From contig CAVTUQ010000008.1 of assembly GCA_963737905.1 (NCBI GenBank), positions 128,001-192,000 of the forward strand: a stretch of 64,000 nt of DNA, read 5' to 3'. Numbering within the stretch: position 1 is the stretch's first letter; each line of letters opens with the position of its first letter. The translations under genes were made by a program, and so were the position numbers. This stretch comes from an uncultured delta proteobacterium. Its GTDB lineage: Bacteria; Desulfobacterota; Binatia; UBA9968. Shown here in pieces: positions 56,488-64,000 of the stretch. The notes under the pieces are model-generated. The model was not told the origin of the DNA. It searched no databases and saw nothing but the letters and a program-made list of their open reading frames with translations.

Positions 56488-59400
56488 TTACCGTGCGATC
56501 AGATTGGCAGCCGGGCTTCCCGGTCGCCCCGCTAGCATCGGGCCACTGATCGCGGCAACAATACGCGCTAGCTCGGCTGAGGGTGCTACCTGAAGTTGTT
56601 CAAACAGGCTCTGATAGTTCCGGAAATCGTTCGCTTGCCGATGGCGGCTCACGGCACTTTGTCGGTAATAGAACAACGCCTCCGGTAACGTCTCGAGCTT
56701 GTAGCCCTTAAAGCACAGATTCAACAGAAACTCGTGGTCTTCCCAGGACGCGCGCTGGGTCGGGAAGCCTCCAAGCTTGTCGAAAACGGAGCGCTTGATG
56801 ACCATGGTAGCATCGCCGAAGGTATTTTCAAAAAACCCAGCTTCGGTGCAGCCGCCGATCGGTCGATAGGTGGACAGCACGTCTCGCTCGAATACCAGGA
56901 TTCTATCCGCGTTTACCACGTCGTAAGGACAGGTAACACAATCCGCATTAGAGCATTGTAAGGCGCGGACGAGAGCCGCGATAAAATCCTTTCCTTTCGG
57001 CTGGTTGTCGGCATCAAAGAAAAGTAAGAGCTCTTTGGACGCTTGCTCGGCGGCGAAGTTGCGCGCGGCCCCCGGCCCGCCATTTTCCGTGACGAGAAAG
57101 CGGAAGCGACGGTCACGATTGCGAGTTGCTATACGCTCAAACTGCTGCGACGCCTCCGCGGAACTTCCGTCGTTTACCAGGATAACTTCGAAGACGGGAT
57201 AGCTCTGGCACGCCAGGCCGGTTACCAGGGTTTCCAGATATCTGTGATGGTTGAAAAATGGGACGCACACCGAGACGCTCATAGCTCGGGCCGTTTCCCG
57301 CGCTGATGCAACCGTTCTCGCTTGGGACGCTGCCTCAATGTCGGCGTGCAGATCACACCAGACGCTCGCCGCGAGGCTTGCTGAATACTTATGCTCAAGG
57401 TTGCTGTGGTCAATCGCGTGGCGATGCCGGAGCCGTTCTGCCAGAGACACGGTCTGTGGCTCGAAGGACACCCGAGTATCGATCATCTCGGGTATGCCAC
57501 CAGCAGCGGCCGCGATAAACGGAATTCCGCTCTGTATGCACTCTAGGACCGTCAACGGATAGTTATCCACGATCGACGGGATGACAACTAACCCTCGCGT
57601 CTGGCGGATATAGTCGAGCGCCCGCGAATAGTCAAAATCATTGATAATGTTCATGGTCACAGTCGGCAGATCGCGCCGCAGCTCCTCCAGGTATTCGGCG
57701 GAGTCCCGGCCGAGCACTGACGCATGCTTACCAAGGAAAGAGACCGCCCGGGGCAAGCCGACGCCATCCTGCGCTAACTGGCGAAGCGCCTGGCCTAAGA
57801 TATGCAATCCCTTCCGTGTTTCCAGACGCCCGAAGAAAATCAGATGATCGTTATCGACTGCCACGCTGGCCCGAGGTGCTGTGATAACCTTGCCCGCCCA
57901 AGTATACGGGGTGATCCGGGCCGGTTGGGTAGAATGAACCAGATTCTCTCGCACCCACTGGAGCATGTAGTGGCTGGGACTGAGAAAAAGATCACAATGA
58001 CTCACGCAATAAGTTTCCGCCCAGATCAGTTTGGCCGTCTCGAAAGGATTAGCGCTGAACTGTTGCATACCTTCGTCAATCCACTTGGTGCACGAATGCG
58101 TCATGACCGTCAGTGTGGTACGACCGAACGCTATGCCGGTTTGCTTTGCTTTGATCGACCAGAAACCGTTGGCCTGCCAATCCTGGAAGTGGACCACGGA
58201 GAATTTAGCGTTGCGGAGATAGTCAAAGACTCGCCAGGAACGTTCGAGAAACCACGTCGAGCCAAAAACGAATCGTGTCACTGGAGGAGCGTCTGAGAGG
58301 GCGATGAAATTAATCCGCATCTTCGCATATGCATTTCGCCAATGTGCCTTCTGGCCATCGGTCACATCGCCGGTAAAGAATACACTCACAGGACGTCCAG
58401 CCTCCGCGAGGACACGTGCAAAATGATAACATGCGGTACCTATCCCCCCATTCTTTACAGGACCAACGATATCAGGCGTGACAATACAAATGCCGGTTTC
58501 GGGGGGGCGCGGGATAGGGGAGAAGGGGTCGAACTCTGACGTCGGTCCTTCTGTGAGAAAGTGAACGAGCGGATTGATCCCAAGACCCTTCAAGTGGGGC
58601 TTTTGCTCGAGATAAAAGCAGGTATCGAAGAGCGAATGAGGGTTGCGGCCTTCAGCGCCGCCGTTGGAGAGATAGTGGACCAAGGGATTGACGCCAGCCT
58701 CTGCTACGTCCGGGTTTGATTCGAGATAAAAAGAGGTATCGAAGAGCGGATGAGGGTTGCGGCCTTCAGCGGCGCCGTTGGTGAGATAGTGGACCAAGGG
58801 ATTGACGCCGGCCTGGGCTACATCCGGGTTTGATTCGAGATAAAAAGAGGTATCGAAGAGCGGATGAGGGTTGCGGCCTTCAGCGGCGCCGTTGGTGAGA
58901 TAATGGACTAGAGGATCAACTCCGGCCTGGGCCACATCGGGATTTCGCTGACAGTAGAAGGTGGCATCAAATAATCCGCTACTAGTGATCAGGGCGGCCT
59001 TATGGCCCAGATCGTATTGCCGAGTGAACAGTCTGCGGGCGGCTCTAAGAGCGCGTCGGGACAACCGTGGAACAACAACGCTGGTGGCGCTAATGACCGG
59101 CAGGCGGCTGGGTGTCTTCGGCGCGAGCGACTCCATCTCTCTACGAACGGAGCTGGAGAGGCGGCCAGGTGCGTGTCTCACGAATCTGACGCCGTGTTGT
59201 ATGGCGCGTAAGGGCCGGGTGATCTTCCATGAAACTGAACCTTGAAAAGCGCCGAGAGTTAGTTGTAGTTTCTGAAGCTCCGTGGAGCGGCGGTCAAGCT
59301 CGCGGCTGCATCGGACCTTGTCGTTCTCTAAGTGGTGAATCTCCTCCTTCCGAGACACCAGTTCAGCCTCCTGTGCAGTCAACAGGCCGCGCAGGTAAGC

Positions 59401-60489
59401 CAGTTCAGACTGCTGCCGCTGAACTTGATCCTCCACGTGGGCCAGCTTATCGCGGCTAGCCGCCAACTCATCCTCTTGAGCCCCCGCTCGATTCGCAAGG
59501 ACGGACAACCTATCACGCTCCGCTTTTAGCTCCGCCTGCACGTAGTTTAACTGGGCATCTCTCGCACCGAGTTCAAATCGCGTCTGCTCAGCTTGAGTGA
59601 CCGCAGATGTTAGGCTTGCTTCAAGCTCCGCGACTTTTTTATCCCGTGAGGCGATTTCTTGATCACGAAGAGCGATGCCCTGAGACAGACGACGCGTTTC
59701 TTCCTCGAGCGAAGAACCGCTTACCGGATACTTGGCTAGATGGAGCGGTAGCGACCAGGCGATCGTTGGATCAGGCTTGTGGCTTACTGGTTTTACATCT
59801 CCCCGCCACGCTACTCCCATAATCTGCATGGTCTGATATACCAATACCTGCCATCCTTGAGACCAAAGAAAATGTAATCCGGCTTCCACGTCAGGTGATG
59901 CGAGATCGTGAAAAACCATCATCGCGTTATTGTCTGCATGCTCCAGGCACTCGCGAGCGTCTCGCTCAGGAGCCGGCATCTCATGATCTCCGTCGATAAA
60001 AAAGAAATTCCACTTGGTGCCGGTGACTCTCGCAATCTCCCGGATTCCGTCTGGGCTTGCGATCGCGTACAAACGCACATTGCTTAAAACCCCGGCTGCG
60101 GCCAGTGATTCCCGGACACTCTTTACCTGCTCCGGGTTCTCCATAACCGGATCCATGACGTCAAGCGCGAGACCGGCCAAAGCTAAATGGCAGGTGGACC
60201 AGCCCATCCAGCTGCCTATCTCAAGGGCCGGCTTTCCGCGAAAGGGCAGGGCAAGATTGTAAAGGAGGATGGCCTCGTCTCGGTTCAAGAAACCAACCTC
60301 GGGGGCGCGACGGTCACAGTACCAGTTATGTCCGACTTCACGACGCAAGTAGGGCCACGGATGGTTGGCTTTATCACCGACTATCATGTTGGGAAAGCAC
60401 GAGTCGGGCATAACGACTGATAGCCCGTCAGACACATAGTCCCCAGCAGGGATGTCCATGCGGCTCGTGGGCAGTCGTCCTACCGCCAT
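56488..60489 (-). CDS. 1333-aa methyltransferase - coiled coil - NPDV repeats - GT4 - GT2 multidomain protein
   Basis: GGAGAGG SD before ATG 60489; LEIGSWMGWST, FIDGDH; heptads then SVSWKITRPLR; NGGIGT, FFGRLETRKG, DNYP; VSVCVP, NDGS, FFDADN, WED. Confidence 0.87.
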   Translation of the reverse strand: MAVGRLPTSRMDIPAGDYVSDGLSVVMPDSCFPNMIVGDKANHPWPYLRREVGHNWYCDRRAPEVGFLNRDEAILLYNLALPFRGKPALEIGSWMGWSTCHLALAGLALDVMDPVMENPEQVKSVRESLAAAGVLSNVRLYAIASPDGIREIARVTGTKWNFFFIDGDHEMPAPERDARECLEHADNNAMMVFHDLASPDVEAGLHFLWSQGWQVLVYQTMQIMGVAWRGDVKPVSHKPDPTIAWSLPLHLAKYPVSGSSLEEETRRLSQGIALRDQEIASRDKKVAELEASLTSAVTQAEQTRFELGARDAQLNYVQAELKAERDRLSVLANRAGAQEDELAASRDKLAHVEDQVQRQQSELAYLRGLLTAQEAELVSRKEEIHHLENDKVRCSRELDRRSTELQKLQLTLGAFQGSVSWKITRPLRAIQHGVRFVRHAPGRLSSSVRREMESLAPKTPSRLPVISATSVVVPRLSRRALRAARRLFTRQYDLGHKAALITSSGLFDATFYCQRNPDVAQAGVDPLVHYLTNGAAEGRNPHPLFDTSFYLESNPDVAQAGVNPLVHYLTNGAAEGRNPHPLFDTSFYLESNPDVAEAGVNPLVHYLSNGGAEGRNPHSLFDTCFYLEQKPHLKGLGINPLVHFLTEGPTSEFDPFSPIPRPPETGICIVTPDIVGPVKNGGIGTACYHFARVLAEAGRPVSVFFTGDVTDGQKAHWRNAYAKMRINFIALSDAPPVTRFVFGSTWFLERSWRVFDYLRNAKFSVVHFQDWQANGFWSIKAKQTGIAFGRTTLTVMTHSCTKWIDEGMQQFSANPFETAKLIWAETYCVSHCDLFLSPSHYMLQWVRENLVHSTQPARITPYTWAGKVITAPRASVAVDNDHLIFFGRLETRKGLHILGQALRQLAQDGVGLPRAVSFLGKHASVLGRDSAEYLEELRRDLPTVTMNIINDFDYSRALDYIRQTRGLVVIPSIVDNYPLTVLECIQSGIPFIAAAAGGIPEMIDTRVSFEPQTVSLAERLRHRHAIDHSNLEHKYSASLAASVWCDLHADIEAASQARTVASARETARAMSVSVCVPFFNHHRYLETLVTGLACQSYPVFEVILVNDGSSAEASQQFERIATRNRDRRFRFLVTENGGPGAARNFAAEQASKELLLFFDADNQPKGKDFIAALVRALQCSNADCVTCPYDVVNADRILVFERDVLSTYRPIGGCTEAGFFENTFGDATMVIKRSVFDKLGGFPTQRASWEDHEFLLNLCFKGYKLETLPEALFYYRQSAVSRHRQANDFRNYQSLFEQLQVAPSAELARIVAAISGPMLAGRPGSPAANLIAR
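58607..58948 (-). repeat. 114-bp (38-aa) NPDVAQAGV.PLVHYL.NG..EGRNPH.LFD..FY repeats, three clear copies plus partial flanks
   Basis: tcgagataaaa recurs at 58607, 58721 and 58835. Confidence 0.93.
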
Positions 60490-61090
60490 TTGGTTATCCT
60501 CTCCCATACACCCATATTCGCTGAATCTCGCCCGTCGCCGTAATCCGCAGGTGTGCACGAGGCAGAGGCGCTTACGAGACATTCACTAATGAATGCCATA
60601 GGCGTTGTTCAAATCTTTAGCCGTCTTATTTTGCGTTTTCACGAGAGTGCGTCCTAACTACTAATCCAAAGCTCCTGGGTGCTCGGTTTAACGCACTCTT
60701 GTAAAGAAATTAGGATACAAACAGAGTCCATCTCCGTGGTGCAAAGCTATCTGACTGCGGCTCTTACGTCAACATGTGGGGAGTGGTGAGGTGTTCGGAC
60801 ACAAGACTATTGCAAGTTTGTGGTATTTGGATCTAAAGCTAGACCGCACTTCACTTGAAGAGGGAACATCCGCCGAAGATCGCCGGAGACGCGCTCGCCC
60901 TACACATTCCGGCGAGCCACGGATTATCTTCTTGACGCCCCATTCCCACTAGTGCTATTGCCTGTTTCACAACTTGGGTAGCCCCCTTTTTCTTGGATAG
61001 ATTTTTCTACTGAGTCTGATTTTTACACTTTAGTGGGGCTTAAACTGGGTCATCGTCAAGTCTTTATAATTGTTGAGGGAGGGTTTTAAT

Positions 61091-62683
61091 ATGTATAGCC
61101 ATTCTACCGTCACGACTTCGTTTTTCTCCGTCCTTATTGCTGCGCTCATTTTCTCGCTGTCTCTGGCGGGGATTGCCGCGGCGCAGGGCAACACCAGTCT
61201 TGGGGCAGGCGCGCTTCAGAACAACACTACGGGCAACTTTAACACCGCCATCGGACTCAACGCGCTCTTTACCAACAACACGGGCACCCAGAACACCGCC
61301 ACTGGAGTCAACGCGCTCCTTAGCAACACCAATGGCGATTTCAACACCGCCGACGGAGTCAACGCGCTTATTAGCAACACCACGGGCGACCAGAACACCG
61401 CCAACGGACACAGTGCGCTCTTTAGCAACACCACGGGCAGCTTCAACACGGCCAGTGGGCTCAATGCGCTCACTCTCAATACCACTGGTAGCCAGAACAG
61501 CGCCAGCGGAGTCAACGCGCTCTTTAGCAACACCACGGGCGGTCAGAACACCGCCAACGGAGTCAATGCGCTCACTTTCAATACCACGGGCAGCCAGAAC
61601 ACTGCCAGCGGAGTCACCGCGCTCTTTAGCAACACCACGGGAAACAACAACTCCGCCAGCGGATTCCAGGCGCTCATTAGCAACACCACGGGCGGTAACA
61701 ACACGGCCGGCGGAGTCAACGCGCTTTTTGGCAACACCACGGGAAACAACAACAGCGCCGGCGGATTCCAGGCGCTTTTTAGCAATACCACTGGGGACCA
61801 GAACACCGCCAGCGGATTCAACGCGCTTTTTAGCAACACCACGGGCGACCGCAACGCCGCCAGCGGAGACCAGGCGCTCATTAGCAACACCACAGGCAAC
61901 TTCAACACCGCCGTAGGGACCGTGGCGCTCCGTGACAACACCACGGGCACCTCCAACACCGCCTGCGGACCCGGTGCGCTCGCTTTTAACACCACGGGCA
62001 ACTCCAACACCGCCGGCGGACTTAATGCGCTCCTTTCAAACACCACGGGCAGCAACAACACCGCCATCGGGACCTCATCCGATGTATCTACTGGGAATCT
62101 GACCAACGCTACGGCTATCGGGACAGGTGCCATCGTCAATGCCAGCAACAAGATCCGCCTGGGAAACGGTGCGGTCACGGTGATCGAAGGGCAGGTGGCG
62201 TTTACTTTCCCTTCGGACAAGACCAAGAAGGAAAACCTCCAGCCGGTGGATGGAGAAGAAGTGCTGGGAAAGATTCGCGGCTTTGAGCTTTCGAGCTGGA
62301 ACTTCATTGGCCATGATCCTAAAGAGTTTCGCCACTATGGTCCCATGGCGCAAGATTTTTTTGGGGCTTTCGGCCACGATGGAGTCGGACAGATCGGCAC
62401 GGACACGACGATCAATTCAGGCGACCTGGCGGGGATTCTTATGATCGCTGTGCAGGCGCTAGAGAAGCGCACGGCGGAGCTAAAGCAGAAGGAAGCAAGG
62501 ATCGCCGTGCTGGAATCGAAACAGGAGGCATTCGTCAAAATGGTGGAGGAGCTAAAAGCGCAGCAAGCCTACTTTGAGACCGTAGCGGCGCGGCTGGAGG
62601 CGTTGGAGTTGCGAAACAATCACTCTATCCAGATAACAGCCGAGAAAAGCCTCGGCGACAATATGGTAGACGTGACGCCGTAA
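61091..62683 (+). CDS. signal-peptide beta-helix fibre protein with peptidase S74 intramolecular chaperone and coiled coil
   Basis: GAGGGAGG SD; hydrophobic leader ending AAAQ; 17-aa repeats; SDKTKKEN..LGKIR..W..RHYGPMAQDF. Confidence 0.85.
   Translation: MYSHSTVTTSFFSVLIAALIFSLSLAGIAAAQGNTSLGAGALQNNTTGNFNTAIGLNALFTNNTGTQNTATGVNALLSNTNGDFNTADGVNALISNTTGDQNTANGHSALFSNTTGSFNTASGLNALTLNTTGSQNSASGVNALFSNTTGGQNTANGVNALTFNTTGSQNTASGVTALFSNTTGNNNSASGFQALISNTTGGNNTAGGVNALFGNTTGNNNSAGGFQALFSNTTGDQNTASGFNALFSNTTGDRNAASGDQALISNTTGNFNTAVGTVALRDNTTGTSNTACGPGALAFNTTGNSNTAGGLNALLSNTTGSNNTAIGTSSDVSTGNLTNATAIGTGAIVNASNKIRLGNGAVTVIEGQVAFTFPSDKTKKENLQPVDGEEVLGKIRGFELSSWNFIGHDPKEFRHYGPMAQDFFGAFGHDGVGQIGTDTTINSGDLAGILMIAVQALEKRTAELKQKEARIAVLESKQEAFVKMVEELKAQQAYFETVAARLEALELRNNHSIQITAEKSLGDNMVDVTP
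61190..62072 (+). repeat. seventeen 51-bp (17-aa) NTAxGxxALxxNTTGxx coding repeats
   Basis: aacaccgcc at 61241, 61292 and onward; units counted in the translation. Confidence 0.93.
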
Positions 62684-62894
62684 ATAATTGGTGATAGTCA
62701 AAAACAGCCTGATTTTGTTCTCTAGGCACTCCAGCTTTTGGAGCGTTTTTAAAGTGCCTGCCACATGGCCTATTTGATGTCTCTTTGCTTACCTTCTCTG
62801 GTTGCGGATTCGGACATCCCGAGGTCTTCTAAAGACGGTCATGTTATCACAGAAGGCGTAGCGCCCCCTCTTTCATCTCCTGGACTTGTGCGGT

Positions 62895-62996
62895 GGATTT
62901 GTCGAACCGCGATTGGAAGTCGGCTCCCCTAAAGAGCGTTCTCAAGATGGCGCCTGGATCTATGAAATCAAACTGGGCGGCTATCGCTATCTCGCT
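62895..62996 (+). pseudogene. relic of an ATP-dependent DNA ligase (LigD-type) N-terminus
   Basis: GFVEP...WIYEIKLGGYRYLA resembles FIEPM...W.YEIKxDGYR.LA (motif I) with D replaced by G; no further ligase sequence. Confidence 0.55.
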
Positions 62997-63649
62997 GGTA
63001 GACTCGGGTCCCAGAGATATACGGCGGTCGCTACGCTTGGCGCCAGTCTATTAGGTAATGCGTTGTCAGGCAGCAGAAGAAGTAAAGCCTTGAGCTCTGT
63101 GGCTAGCTCTAAGAAATTCCAGCTCTTCTCCGGCGGATCTCCGAATTGTCGGTCTGTGGTGAGATGGGCAATCTCCTTGTTGGCCCGCCTTCGGGCTTTT
63201 TTCAAGCTGTCGCTGATGGGACCTCTAAGATCCTCCCAAACATTCGCAGAGACACAGAAGTCTGCAGCAACCACGTCGGTAGGTCCGGTGGGTGGTAAGA
63301 AGATGAAGTCGATAATATTTCGCAGGTGTACGACAGCACCTTCGATAAGGAGGTTTCTGAGCCGTCCTAGGTCTTCGCGCGCTCCGGCAAATGTTAGAGA
63401 TGGCCCACTGGAAACTACAAGATTCGGCCCGTCAAACCGCGGTGCCAGCCAAAAGAAATGCTCAATCTCGTAAGACACATGATCATTTGAGTAACGCCAA
63501 AGATACGAGTCATTAAATGGGCGCCTGACTCGCGCTAGAGCTAGAGGGGCTGGATTCTGTTTTTGCACTCCAGGGTGGCGCATTCGAGGATCGCGAGGGC
63601 TAGAGCCGTACATTTTCAACCCGCGTGGCTGATTCCCCAGTTTTGCCAC
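62987..63649 (-). CDS. hypothetical protein, possibly HEPN-like (start uncertain)
   Basis: Helical ORF with HV.YE, E...HLRN..DF and RANKEIAH (Rx6H). Confidence 0.5.
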   Translation of the reverse strand: MAKLGNQPRGLKMYGSSPRDPRMRHPGVQKQNPAPLALARVRRPFNDSYLWRYSNDHVSYEIEHFFWLAPRFDGPNLVVSSGPSLTFAGAREDLGRLRNLLIEGAVVHLRNIIDFIFLPPTGPTDVVAADFCVSANVWEDLRGPISDSLKKARRRANKEIAHLTTDRQFGDPPEKSWNFLELATELKALLLLLPDNALPNRLAPSVATAVYLWDPSLPAR

Positions 63650-64000
63650 AGTGCGCTAGGAGCGGCAAGTGACGTACCGCCAAATTGAATAAAGTCAGGT
63701 GAAGGATCAGAAACCGTAGCCCCGCAAGAGGGAGAGAGGAATGTCCGCAACTGTGATGTCTCGCTGCTTTTCGGCCATACGTTGAGTTTAACAAATGGCC
63801 TATGTTACCTCTAGACCGACTTCCAGGACGGTCATGACCCCAGGAAACATAACGGACTGCGACGCTGCAACAGTACTTTGTTTAAATCCGCAGTGCGAAA
63901 AGGATCCAGATTCCATTCTTGTATTAGGACAGCCCGGAAAGAGAAGACCCGCAGTTAGAAAACCGTCAACTTTGTGTTTAATTATTTTGGACTAAATTCA

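Noticed and set aside
61091-62683. Prophage tail fibre
   Set aside because: Has a signal peptide; no integrase, capsid, terminase or other tail genes in the window.

Overview
Bacterial chromosomal window from a diderm (lptD present). It opens with a core block: trpD (partial)-trpC-trpF-trpB-trpA-folC-lptD. About 52 kb of mosaic, strand-switching surface-glycan genes follow (8.3-60.5 kb): two Wzm/Wzt ABC exporters, a nucleotide-sugar dehydrogenase and epimerase, about ten glycosyltransferase-like genes, seven intact SAM-methyltransferase domains, a radical SAM/SPASM enzyme, tandem SGNH paralogs, a damaged sulfotransferase and two other broken genes. Inside this locus (33.2-42.8 kb) lie four consecutive secreted proteins with unrelated N-terminal cargo. 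Each ends in a six-unit DxDGDG (FG-GAP/VCBS-like) tail, and one is preceded by a c-di-GMP-I riboswitch. Several glycan enzymes share a coiled-coil plus MESSKFWKLRRxWFR tail. The window ends with a signal-peptide beta-helix/S74-chaperone fibre gene, a DNA-ligase relic and a HEPN-like ORF. No rRNA, tRNA, CRISPR array or transposase was recognised. All calls come from reading motifs by eye; no database searches were run. Several single-base frameshifts may be assembly errors.
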